From positions 1 through 45,145 of the forward strand of contig JAIRQZ010000017.1 of the NCBI GenBank assembly GCA_031256235.1: a stretch of 45,145 nt of DNA, written 5' to 3'. Below, piece by piece: positions 26,804 through 35,674 of this stretch. The notes beneath the pieces were generated by a model that had not been told where the DNA came from, made no database searches, and saw only the letters and a program-made list of their open reading frames with translations. Within the stretch, counting starts at the first letter, position 1; every line of letters starts with the position of its first letter. A program made the position numbers and the translations under genes. This DNA comes from Christensenellaceae bacterium. Its GTDB lineage: Bacteria > Bacillota > Clostridia > Christensenellales > UBA1242.

Positions 26804-28805
26804 TAATGAATCCAAGGCGCACCCTTGGGAACTTGTTTCAAAATACAAGCCGACAGGGTCGCAACCCGACGCCATAGGGTCTCTTGTCGACAATATAAAT
26901 GCGGGTGTCAAGGACCAAGTTTTGCTTGGCGTGACGGGCAGTGGCAAGACCTTTACCATGGCGAACGTTATCAGGCAACTGGACAGGCCCGCGCTTATAA
27001 TCGCGCATAACAAGACCCTTGCAGCGCAACTTTGTAACGAGTTCCGCGCCTTTTTCCCAAACAACAGGGTGGAGTATTTTGTAAGTTACTATGATTATTA
27101 CCAGCCCGAGGCATACATGCCCGCGACGGACACCTATATCGAAAAGGACATGTCGATAAATGATGAGATTGACAAGTTACGTCACAGCGCAACGTGTTCA
27201 TTGGCCGACAGGCGCGATGTCATTGTTGTGGCATCGGTGTCGTGCATTTACGGCCTTGGTGCGCCGAAAGAGTACTATGATTTGGCAATCTCGTTGCGCC
27301 CGGGCGACAAATTTGGACGCAATGATTTAATAAAAAAACTTTCCGCAATTCAATACAAGCGTGCGGGCGACGACATTGAAAGGGCGACTTTCCGTAGCAA
27401 GGGCGACACGGTCGACATCATACCGTCGCACACAACGACCACGATGATTCGCGTGATGTACAACGGCGATGTCGTTGAAGGCATCTTTGAAATGGACGCG
27501 CTGACGGTGACGACCATATCAACGCTTAACCATGTCGCGATTTTTCCTGCGACCCACTATGCTGTGGGCAGTGACAAACTGCACGGCGCGATTCAAAACA
27601 TACGCGCCGACCTTGGCAAACAACTGGCGATTTTTAATGACAAGCAACAAATGATTGAGGAACATCGGCTTAAACAACGCACCAACTATGACCTCGAGAT
27701 GATGCAGGAAATGGGCTATTGCAACGGTATCGAAAATTACAGCCGATACTTTGACGGGCGCAAAGCGGGCGAGCCACCGTATACCTTGATGTCGTACATG
27801 GGCGCCGACTTTATAACTTTCATCGACGAAAGCCACATTACCGTGCCACAGATTCGCGGTATGTACAATGGCGACCGCGCACGCAAGACCTCGCTTGTCG
27901 ATTTTGGCTTCCGCTTGCCGTCCGCGTATGATAACAGGCCATTAAATTTTGCCGAGTTCAACCAACGCCTGGGCCAAACCGTGTATGTCTCGGCAACTCC
28001 CGCCGAGTACGAAATGGAAGGCGCACGTGGCAACAAGCCGTACATCACCGAGCAAATAATCCGTCCGACTGGGCTTCTTGACCCCGAAGTCTTTGTGCGC
28101 CCAAAAGACCATCAAGTCACAGATTTATTAAGCGAAATTCGGGCGTTGAACGCGAAGTCACGGGGTGCAGGGGGCACCCCTGCGGGCAAGACACTTGTCA
28201 CTACGCTTACCAAAAAAATGGCTGAAGATTTGACCGCGTACTTTACCTCGAATGGAGTGCGCGTCAGGTACCTACACAGCGAAATCGACACCTTGGAACG
28301 TGTCTCGATTATCACGGCGCTCCGCAAGGACGAGTTTGATGTCATCGTAGGTATTAACTTGTTGCGCGAAGGCCTCGATATCCCCGAGGTCGAACTTGTA
28401 GCAATCTTGGACGCCGATAAGGAAGGGTTGTTTAGGTCGAAGCGGTCGCTTATCCAAACAATCGGACGCGCCGCCCGAAACGCAAATGCACGGGTTATCT
28501 TGTACGCAAACACTATGACCGAAAGTATGCGCGGGGCAATCGACGAAACCAACCGCCGCCGACAAATCCAACAGGACTATAATAAAAAGCATGGTATCAC
28601 GCCAAAAACGGTGTATTCCGACATACGTAATACGCTATACGTGTCCGACAAGGACGTAAAATCTGCCCGCAAATTGAATCGTGCCCAAGTCAAAGACGAA
28701 ATTGAAAAATTGACGGCGCTTATGAACATCGCGGCAAAATCCTTGGACTTCGAGGCCGCAATCAAGTTCCGCGAAGAAATAACTCGATTGAAAAAAGATA
28801 TCTAG
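26790..28805 (+). CDS. uvrB: Excinuclease ABC subunit B
   Basis: GVTGSGKT, YFVSYYDYYQPEAY beta-hairpin, DESH, GFRLPSA and QTIGRAARN; C-terminal UVR domain. Confidence 0.98.
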   Translation: MPKVSNESKAHPWELVSKYKPTGSQPDAIGSLVDNINAGVKDQVLLGVTGSGKTFTMANVIRQLDRPALIIAHNKTLAAQLCNEFRAFFPNNRVEYFVSYYDYYQPEAYMPATDTYIEKDMSINDEIDKLRHSATCSLADRRDVIVVASVSCIYGLGAPKEYYDLAISLRPGDKFGRNDLIKKLSAIQYKRAGDDIERATFRSKGDTVDIIPSHTTTTMIRVMYNGDVVEGIFEMDALTVTTISTLNHVAIFPATHYAVGSDKLHGAIQNIRADLGKQLAIFNDKQQMIEEHRLKQRTNYDLEMMQEMGYCNGIENYSRYFDGRKAGEPPYTLMSYMGADFITFIDESHITVPQIRGMYNGDRARKTSLVDFGFRLPSAYDNRPLNFAEFNQRLGQTVYVSATPAEYEMEGARGNKPYITEQIIRPTGLLDPEVFVRPKDHQVTDLLSEIRALNAKSRGAGGTPAGKTLVTTLTKKMAEDLTAYFTSNGVRVRYLHSEIDTLERVSIITALRKDEFDVIVGINLLREGLDIPEVELVAILDADKEGLFRSKRSLIQTIGRAARNANARVILYANTMTESMRGAIDETNRRRQIQQDYNKKHGITPKTVYSDIRNTLYVSDKDVKSARKLNRAQVKDEIEKLTALMNIAAKSLDFEAAIKFREEITRLKKDI

Positions 28806-28878
28806 CGTTGGAGTGTGAATAACTCGCCCGCTTGAAATGCAAAAAATGTTGTAAAAACGCGAAAAAACGCTTGACACA

Positions 28879-28893
28879 GGCGGCGGCGGCGGC
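28879..28893 (+). repeat. (GGC)5 microsatellite inside a promoter spacer
   Basis: TTGACA (28871-28876) CA (GGC)5 GGG TAGACT (28897-28902). Confidence 0.8.
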
Positions 28894-28942
28894 GGGTAGA
28901 CTTTATTATCCCATATTTGTGTGGATAAGAGGAGAATCACTT

Positions 28943-29272
28943 ATGAAAAAACTAACTGGACGGCTCGTATCACTTGGGTGTGCATTGGCAACGGGCGGGG
29001 TGGCGATTTGGATGTTTATGGTCGCAGGCAAAACCGACAAAAAGGTCTTAAGCAATTCGGTCGAGGTCAGTTCGCTTTATGTTATCGGCGCATTGGCACT
29101 TTTGATTGTCTCTATCGGATGTCTGCTTGGCGCAATCTATGGCAAAAAGTTCGCGATGAAAATAATGGGCAAGTCATGGGAAAATGCGGGCAAGCAAGCC
29201 GAAGCACTCTCCGATGCTTTGGATGATCGAGACCGCGTCACGGTAACAATCAAAACGAAACAAGAAGACTGA
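28943..29272 (+). CDS. Hypothetical two-TM membrane protein
   Basis: SD AGGAG and ATG 28943 (MKKLTGRLV); two hydrophobic segments. Confidence 0.75.
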   Translation: MKKLTGRLVSLGCALATGGVAIWMFMVAGKTDKKVLSNSVEVSSLYVIGALALLIVSIGCLLGAIYGKKFAMKIMGKSWENAGKQAEALSDALDDRDRVTVTIKTKQED

Positions 29273-29273
29273 T

Positions 29274-29765
29274 TTACTGCAACTTACGAACCGAGTGTTT
29301 GACCAAATCGTGCGTGAAAATGATGACAAGGCAGGCGATAAGCACCCACGCGTTAACGGTCGGTGTAAGCCACGCACGCCAAAAGCGAAAGACGCCGAAT
29401 ACAAAGACGGCGCTTGCGATGACCCAGCCTATACTTATCGATAAACAAATTTGGCCGTGCAAATTGTACGGCTTTTTTGAATAATCCCACAATTTCAATC
29501 CAAGCCATCGGTTGAAAACAAGTCCGCCAAGGTATTCGATAGCAATTATCCCGATTGCAACGGCGGGGAATTTTAACCAAATGCTGAAATCAAGCGTGCA
29601 AATAAAGAACGCAAAGGCTATACCAAAGCCGTAAATGGGGTGGTAGGGGCCACTTACAAGGGTAATGTTCTTGGTGCGTTCAATGCGTTTCAAAATCGTC
29701 TCGAAATAATACCCGATAACGGAAAACCCGAAAACCAATGTAAAATATAGTACCGCGGTTTGCAC
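29274..29765 (-). CDS. Putative ABC transporter permease family (DUF1113/CmpB-like) membrane protein
   Basis: FSVIGY.FE, GPY.PIYGFG, IEYLGG and LWDYS..PYNL.GQICL..S..W motifs. Confidence 0.85.
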   Translation of the reverse strand: MQTAVLYFTLVFGFSVIGYYFETILKRIERTKNITLVSGPYHPIYGFGIAFAFFICTLDFSIWLKFPAVAIGIIAIEYLGGLVFNRWLGLKLWDYSKKPYNLHGQICLSISIGWVIASAVFVFGVFRFWRAWLTPTVNAWVLIACLVIIFTHDLVKHSVRKLQ

Positions 29766-29809
29766 GAATTAGTATGTGCAAAAATATACAGGGTATGATA
29801 CAATGTGGT

Positions 29810-30163
29810 GTGATTAGCTTTTTTGAAAGAAGAACGGAGAAATATAAAGCAAAAAAACTTCAAAAACTTGGTGATGCCGAGTATGTCTTATGGCTCAAGA
29901 AGTATGTGAGGCAAATCGAAAAATCCGATAAGTTCTTTTTGTGGTGTTCATGGTTAATAGTGGTATCAACTTTTTGTTGGGCGGTTATGGAACTTGTATA
30001 CACGATTATTTCGCCTACTTTTGGGATGATACTTTTAACAATGCTTTTATATTCTATTTCGCTTTCATGGTTCATGTTTATTATGATGGGGAAATTTCGA
30101 AATGTGTATGACAAATTAAAGAAAGAATTGCAGGAACTTGAAAAACCGAATATGGGCATATGA
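29810..30163 (+). CDS. Hypothetical two-TM membrane protein (AT-rich)
   Basis: Two hydrophobic segments; extended -10 TGATACAAT ends 5 nt before GTG 29810; start uncertain. Confidence 0.65.
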   Translation: MISFFERRTEKYKAKKLQKLGDAEYVLWLKKYVRQIEKSDKFFLWCSWLIVVSTFCWAVMELVYTIISPTFGMILLTMLLYSISLSWFMFIMMGKFRNVYDKLKKELQELEKPNMGI

Positions 30164-30165
30164 TA

Positions 30166-30495
30166 TCATTTTGTTCGTATGAACACTGCTTCAAAGGTTT
30201 TTTTACCTGTGTTCCTTTGTTCGTGGAAGATGCCACGAGGGAATATGAAAAAGTCACCTACAGTGAAAGGATATTCGCCGTCAGCATCACGAACGATGCC
30301 ATTACCTTTTAATACGTACATGAATTCGTTGCAATCGTCGTGTTTGTGCCATCCGAATACGCCGCCCGCGGCAAGGAATCCGTGTGTTATACCTTGAATA
30401 TTTTTGACTTCGTCATTTGCGACAAAAAGTTTTCGACTTCCTGCACCGCCGTGCGCGGGTTCAAGTTTCACGTCCGATTTTTTAATAATTTTCAT
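30166..30495 (-). CDS. Cupin domain protein
   Basis: GWHKH...EFMYVLKG.G and GDFFIFP.GIFH.QRNTG cupin motifs; start moved to ATG 30495. Confidence 0.9.
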   Translation of the reverse strand: MKIIKKSDVKLEPAHGGAGSRKLFVANDEVKNIQGITHGFLAAGGVFGWHKHDDCNEFMYVLKGNGIVRDADGEYPFTVGDFFIFPRGIFHEQRNTGKKTFEAVFIRTK

Positions 30496-30501
30496 AAAGC
30501 C

Positions 30502-30543
30502 AGTATACCGCTTCTTGCTTTCATGGCGCAAGTGGGCTATACT
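30502..30543. promoter_or_regulatory. Overlapping divergent sigma-A-like promoters for cupin (-) and uvrA (+)
   Basis: Plus: TTGCTT (30515-30520), 17 nt, TATACT (30538-30543), 8 nt to ATG. Minus: TTGCGC (30531-30526), 18 nt, TATACT (30507-30502), 6 nt to ATG. Confidence 0.7.
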
Positions 30544-30551
30544 TAAAGAAT

Positions 30552-33380
30552 ATGCTTGAAAAAATCGTAATCAAAGGCGCGAAAGAGAACAACCTTAAAA
30601 ATTTGGACGTGGAGATTCCGCGCAATAAGTTGGTGGTGCTGACTGGAGTATCGGGCAGTGGCAAAAGTACCCTTGCGTTTGGGACGATTTTCGCGGAGGG
30701 GCAAAGGCGTTTCATGGAAAGTTTGTCCAGTTACGCGCGTCAGTTCCTTGGCCAAATCCAAAAGCCTGCCGTCGACAGTATCGAGGGTTTAAGCCCTTGC
30801 ATTGCGATTAACCAAAAGACCACCAGCCATAATCCGCGCTCTACTGTAGGGACGGTTACCGAGATTTACGATTATTTACGGCTTTTATATGCTCGAGTTG
30901 GCGAGGCCTATTGCCCCGAATGTGGCAAAAAAATCACGCGCCAAAGTATCGACCAAATCGTGGGCGCGGTGTTCGGAAGTTTCAAGGACAAACTTGTCAT
31001 GATAGAGGCCCCCGTCGTTCGCGGAGCAAAAGGCTCGTTCACAAAGGATTTTGAGGGTTGGAAAAGGTCGGGCTATGCGCGCGTAAAGGTCGACGGAAGT
31101 ATTTACATGCTTGACGAGCAAATCGAACTTGATAAAAACTTGCGCCACACGATATCCGTTATTGTCGACCGCGTCAAAATCGCGGACGACGAAATCGCCC
31201 GCATCACCGAGTCCATAGAAACGGCTTTGCGCCTGACCGAGGGCCTGGTCGCGGTTGACGACAAGACTTTCAGTAACAAATACGCGTGTATCGATTGCGG
31301 AATTTCGATTGAGGACCTCGAGCCCCGCGCCTTCAGTTTCAACAGTCCCTTCGGCGCGTGTCCGAATTGCACAGGGCTTGGCTTTACATTCGAGATTGAC
31401 GAAAACCTTATAATCCCCGACCGCGACAAAACTATTGCCGAGGGTGCAATCGTCGCCTCGGGGTGGAATTTCGATGGGGGCAAGATCGCGGACATGACGT
31501 TCAAGGCCTTGTCCAAAAAATTCGGCGTCGGTATGCACGACAAGATTCGGGATATATCGCCTGATATACTACACAAAATCTTGTACGGTTGCGACGAAAA
31601 ATTGAATTACGAACTTTCAGGCTCGACATATTCATACGAATACATGGGCAAATACGAGGGCATAATCCCGAACTTGAAGCGTCGTTGGCACGAGACCCAA
31701 AGCGAATTTATGCGCGCGGAAATCGGCAAGTTAATGGTGAAAACAACATGCCCGCTGTGTCACGGCAAGCGCCTAAAGCGTGAGTCCCTGGCTGTGCGGG
31801 TAGGTCAGCATGATGATGGGCCCAGCCTTAACATCAGTGATTTAACGGCTTTGTCGATAAAAGACACTTTGAAGTTTTTTGACGAATTGAAACTTACAAA
31901 GACTCAAGAACAAACCGCCGAGCGCATTATTCGCGAAGTTCGGGCAAGACTTAACTTTTTGATGAATGTTGGCTTGCATTATTTGACGCTTGGTCGCAGC
32001 GCCGACAGTTTAAGCGGGGGAGAAAGCCAACGCATAAGATTGGCCACGCAAATCGGCAGCGGGCTTGTGGGGGTGTTGTACATACTTGACGAGCCCAGTA
32101 TCGGACTTCACCAACACGACAATGATAAGTTGCTTGCGACATTAAAAAAACTTCGCGACCTTGGTAACACATTGATTGTTGTCGAGCACGACGAGGATAC
32201 AATCCGTGCCGCCGACTTTATTGTGGACATCGGGCCCAGGGCAGGGGCGCATGGCGGGGAACTTGTTGTTGCGGGAACTTTGCCTCAAGTCATGGCCTGC
32301 CAAAAATCCTTGACGGGGCAATACCTTAATGGCGAGCGCAAAATTCTCTGCCCCGAAAGGTATCGTTCGACGTCGCCAGACCGCTTTATAGAGGTCACGG
32401 GCGCCTCCGAGAACAACCTTAAACACATCGACGTAAAATTCCCCCTTGGCTTGCTTACCGCTGTTACAGGGGTGTCGGGCAGTGGCAAGAGTTCGCTTGT
32501 GAACAAGATTTTATACCCCGCGCTTCATAATGTACTAAATAAAGGTTGTATGCCTGTCGGACTACACGACATGTTGAGTGGCTTTGAACACATCGACAAA
32601 GTCATCAACATCGACCAATCGCCAATCGGCAGGACGCCAAGGTCGAACCCCGCGACATACACGGAAGTCTTTGGCCCAATCCGCGAACTTTTTGCCAACA
32701 CCCGTGATGCAAAAGAACGCGGATACACGGGCGGCCGATTCAGTTTCAACGTGCGTGGCGGACGTTGCGACAACTGCGACGGGGAAGGCATACGGCGTAT
32801 CGAGATGCATTTTCTGCCCGACGTTTTCGTTGCATGCGAGGTCTGCGGTGGCAAACGATTTAACCGCGAAACATTAGAGGTCAAATACAAAGGCAAAAGT
32901 ATTTACGATGTTTTGGAAATGACGGTCGACGAGGCCGTGGAGTTTTTTGAAAACATACCCAATATTTACAAGAAACTTAAGACCATACAGGACGTAGGCC
33001 TCGGTTATATACGGCTTGGGCAATCGGCGACGACCTTAAGCGGGGGCGAGGCTCAACGTGTCAAGTTGGCAAAGGAACTTTCTCGCGCAAGCACGGGCAA
33101 GACCTTGTACATACTTGACGAGCCCACCACAGGCCTGCACAGTTACGATGTACAAAAGTTGATTGACATTTTACAGCGACTTGTTGACGCCAACAACACG
33201 GTTATCGTGATTGAACACAATTTGGACGTTATAAAGGTTTGCGATAACATAATTGACTTGGGGCCAAGTGGTGGCGACGAAGGCGGGTGCGTTATCGCAA
33301 CAGGGAACCCGCGAGAGATTGTCGCGGACTCCAACAGCTTGACGGGGAAGTATTTAAAAAGTTATTTTATCTCTCGATGA
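30552..33380 (+). CDS. uvrA: Excinuclease ABC subunit A
   Basis: Two GVSGSGKS Walker A motifs, two LSGGE signatures, LDEP Walker B, Zn fingers, GRTPRSNPATY. Confidence 0.98.
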   Translation: MLEKIVIKGAKENNLKNLDVEIPRNKLVVLTGVSGSGKSTLAFGTIFAEGQRRFMESLSSYARQFLGQIQKPAVDSIEGLSPCIAINQKTTSHNPRSTVGTVTEIYDYLRLLYARVGEAYCPECGKKITRQSIDQIVGAVFGSFKDKLVMIEAPVVRGAKGSFTKDFEGWKRSGYARVKVDGSIYMLDEQIELDKNLRHTISVIVDRVKIADDEIARITESIETALRLTEGLVAVDDKTFSNKYACIDCGISIEDLEPRAFSFNSPFGACPNCTGLGFTFEIDENLIIPDRDKTIAEGAIVASGWNFDGGKIADMTFKALSKKFGVGMHDKIRDISPDILHKILYGCDEKLNYELSGSTYSYEYMGKYEGIIPNLKRRWHETQSEFMRAEIGKLMVKTTCPLCHGKRLKRESLAVRVGQHDDGPSLNISDLTALSIKDTLKFFDELKLTKTQEQTAERIIREVRARLNFLMNVGLHYLTLGRSADSLSGGESQRIRLATQIGSGLVGVLYILDEPSIGLHQHDNDKLLATLKKLRDLGNTLIVVEHDEDTIRAADFIVDIGPRAGAHGGELVVAGTLPQVMACQKSLTGQYLNGERKILCPERYRSTSPDRFIEVTGASENNLKHIDVKFPLGLLTAVTGVSGSGKSSLVNKILYPALHNVLNKGCMPVGLHDMLSGFEHIDKVINIDQSPIGRTPRSNPATYTEVFGPIRELFANTRDAKERGYTGGRFSFNVRGGRCDNCDGEGIRRIEMHFLPDVFVACEVCGGKRFNRETLEVKYKGKSIYDVLEMTVDEAVEFFENIPNIYKKLKTIQDVGLGYIRLGQSATTLSGGEAQRVKLAKELSRASTGKTLYILDEPTTGLHSYDVQKLIDILQRLVDANNTVIVIEHNLDVIKVCDNIIDLGPSGGDEGGCVIATGNPREIVADSNSLTGKYLKSYFISR

Positions 33381-33543
33381 ACATTTGGGCAAGTTTACAG
33401 TTGTTTGGGTCAGTACAAACTGTTTCACAAACCTCGTTAATAATTGCCATTGGGTCTTCATCTTGAGAGTTGGAAGAGGATTGTTCTTCGATTATCGGAT
33501 AAACATTCATGACCATGTCGTCGCATAATTTTGTTCTTTTCAT
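33367..33543 (-). CDS. Small 58-aa acidic Cys-containing protein (not in ORF track)
   Basis: Manual translation MKRTKLCDDMVMNVYPIIEEQSSSNSQDEDPMAIINEVCETVCTDPNNCKLAQMFIER; TTGCAA, 17 nt, TATACT promoter ends 6 nt before ATG. Confidence 0.65.
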   Translation of the reverse strand: MKRTKLCDDMVMNVYPIIEEQSSSNSQDEDPMAIINEVCETVCTDPNNCKLAQMFIER

Positions 33544-33586
33544 GTGGGCAGTATAACATAAAATTCAAGAAATTGCAATACTCAAT

Positions 33587-33991
33587 TTACAAAATATTTA
33601 CGCCGTTAAGGCCATAGACTGCATGATACGATGTCAAAAGGTACTCAAGGCGGCTCAGGCCTCCGATGGCTTCTTCCTTGTTGCCTGTGTGCACAAAGTT
33701 CCGCGCATAAATCAAGGCGTCGGATATGTACGACAGGTCGATGTGTTTTATGATAATGCCAAGGCGACGCTCTTTCTTCGACCAATAGTGGTGCAGGTCA
33801 TCGAAGCGCACTTTTAAATAGTCATCAAACTCGGCCTTGTTGTCGACATCGGGAGTCGCACGTACGATTTCAATTATGGCCGCGGTTTCGCGCTCCATAT
33901 GGCTGTAGGTTTTTTCTATGCACACCTGTTCGGCGATTGCAACTCCGATAAGGGCGGCGAACAATGTTAATACTGCGACAAGTCGTATCAT
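33587..33991 (-). CDS. DUF4363-like protein
   Basis: N-terminal TM, W.KKE..L.III.H.DL..I pattern and C-terminal NIL; follows a DUF421 gene with 4-nt overlap. Confidence 0.75.
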   Translation of the reverse strand: MIRLVAVLTLFAALIGVAIAEQVCIEKTYSHMERETAAIIEIVRATPDVDNKAEFDDYLKVRFDDLHHYWSKKERRLGIIIKHIDLSYISDALIYARNFVHTGNKEEAIGGLSRLEYLLTSYHAVYGLNGVNIL

Positions 33992-34776
33992 TTGCTTACC
34001 TCCACTTTCCCAGCAGAGCGCAAGTCTGCTCGGCCGTCGCGTTTTTTACTTGTGCCTTGGATATAGCAATCTTTTGTGATTTGAATCTTTTTGGTCTGGG
34101 CAGGCATGCCGTGCTTTTGAATGTACGCATCACCGCTTCCGCTCAAGTTACAGAATGATACGTCAGACAGACTACCCGATATATTGTGTAGTATGCGTGG
34201 CATAACCACAAGATGCGCAAGCCCCAATTCCTTAAAGTTCTTTTTTATGACCTTGCCGTTTTCCACGACGGTGTAGTACATATCGGATTCTTCGACCTTG
34301 ATTTTTGCGTCTTCGCGAGTGACGGGCATATTAACGGCCTTTGGAATAACCGTGATTTTGCCGTTGCGTTCTATGATTGCATAGTTAATTTCGCTCATGT
34401 CAAAATAATCCAAGTTGCGGAGCGCTTCCATAAGTTCCTCGGCGCTTATGTTAAGTTTTTTTAACTCGCCAAAGTCAATGCCGTTGTCGTCAATGACCAC
34501 CACGGGCTTGCCACTTATGACGTCACGCATAAGGGGGCTTTTTTTGCTTATAACGCTTACAACAAAGTGGATGACGCAAATGACAAGCAGGGGAATGATG
34601 CCGTACCAAATGGGTATGGTCTGTTCCGCCATCGGAATTGTCGCAAGGTCGGCAATGATTAATGTTATGACCAATTCAAACGGTTCCATTTCGCCAATTT
34701 GTCGCTTGCCCATCAATCGCATGACGCCAATTACGACGACATAGATTATTAAAACTCGAATTATGATATTGAACAT
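33988..34776 (-). CDS. DUF421 (YetF-like) membrane protein
   Basis: MRLMGKRQIGEMEPFELVITLIIADLA, G.PVVVI..G and AIIERNGKITVIPK. Confidence 0.9.
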   Translation of the reverse strand: MFNIIIRVLIIYVVVIGVMRLMGKRQIGEMEPFELVITLIIADLATIPMAEQTIPIWYGIIPLLVICVIHFVVSVISKKSPLMRDVISGKPVVVIDDNGIDFGELKKLNISAEELMEALRNLDYFDMSEINYAIIERNGKITVIPKAVNMPVTREDAKIKVEESDMYYTVVENGKVIKKNFKELGLAHLVVMPRILHNISGSLSDVSFCNLSGSGDAYIQKHGMPAQTKKIQITKDCYIQGTSKKRDGRADLRSAGKVEVSK

Positions 34777-34778
34777 AC

Positions 34779-34813
34779 TTGATAAGTCTGTGGAATTTTG
34801 ATATCATTTATGC
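34779..34813. promoter_or_regulatory. Overlapping sigma-G-like (-) and sigma-A-like (+) promoters
   Basis: Minus: GCATA (34813-34809), 18 nt, CAGACTT (34790-34784), 7 nt to ATG 34776. Plus: TTGATA (34779-34784), 17 nt, TATCAT (34802-34807), 7 nt to ATG 34815. Confidence 0.6.
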
Positions 34814-34814
34814 A

Positions 34815-35663
34815 ATGTGGCTTATTTTTACGCTTGTCTTCGTCTTGGCGCAAATTGCGTTTTTGCAATTTTTCAAGGTCGCGATAAAAGATTCAAAAAA
34901 CGTCGGCGCCTTTACGGTACTAGTGCAGGTCGTCGCAAGCCTGTCAATTTTGGTGCTTTGTCCGTTCTTTGGGTGGGCTTGGCCACGGGGCTGGCTTGTG
35001 TGGGTGTTGCTTTTGGTCTCGCTTGGCTTGTATGCCGTCAACGACAGATTGGACGCGACAGTCCGTAAAAACATCGACATCTCGGTCGACGCAATGGTCC
35101 AACAGGTCTACAGGATTTTCTTCCTGGTTATGGGTATCGCCTTTTTGGGGCGCAGTTTTGTATGGCTAAAGTTGCTTGGGTGCGTGATCATAATTTTTGC
35201 CAACGTCTTTTTGCTGTTTGATAAAGGCAAATTCAAAATCAACAGGTACGTGTTGTTAAAGGTCCTGTCTGCATTGATATTCGCGGCGGCATTTACCTTG
35301 GATACATACAATTCGCCCGAGTTCAACTTGCCATTCTTTGTTTTCGTATCTTTCGCAGTGCCCGCCTGTTGTCTTATGCTTACACGCCAAGCCACATTCC
35401 GCGGGCTTGTCACGGAAGTCAAGCGCAAGCAATGGCCGATTATCGTGGCCTGTGGGGTTTGCAATGGGCTGTCGGCATTTGCGATTTTGCGGGCCTACCA
35501 ATTTTACCAACACTTTGTCGAAGTCGCCGCCGTATCGGCATCCTACGTAATATTGAATGTGTTGCTGGCGACAGTATTTTTACGCGAGCGGGGCAACCTT
35601 GTCCAAAAATTTATCGCGGGCGCGGTCATTGTTGGAAGTATTGTGATGATAGCACTTGTGTGA
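34815..35663 (+). CDS. EamA/DMT family transporter
   Basis: About 10 TM segments in two repeats; FLRER..L..K.I.G.VI C-terminal motif. Confidence 0.85.
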   Translation: MWLIFTLVFVLAQIAFLQFFKVAIKDSKNVGAFTVLVQVVASLSILVLCPFFGWAWPRGWLVWVLLLVSLGLYAVNDRLDATVRKNIDISVDAMVQQVYRIFFLVMGIAFLGRSFVWLKLLGCVIIIFANVFLLFDKGKFKINRYVLLKVLSALIFAAAFTLDTYNSPEFNLPFFVFVSFAVPACCLMLTRQATFRGLVTEVKRKQWPIIVACGVCNGLSAFAILRAYQFYQHFVEVAAVSASYVILNVLLATVFLRERGNLVQKFIAGAVIVGSIVMIALV

Positions 35664-35674
35664 TATAGTAAACT

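Noticed and set aside
28832-28942. N-terminal extension MKCKKCCK...AAAAA of the 28832 ORF
   Set aside because: It is promoter DNA including the GGC repeat; the SD supports ATG 28943
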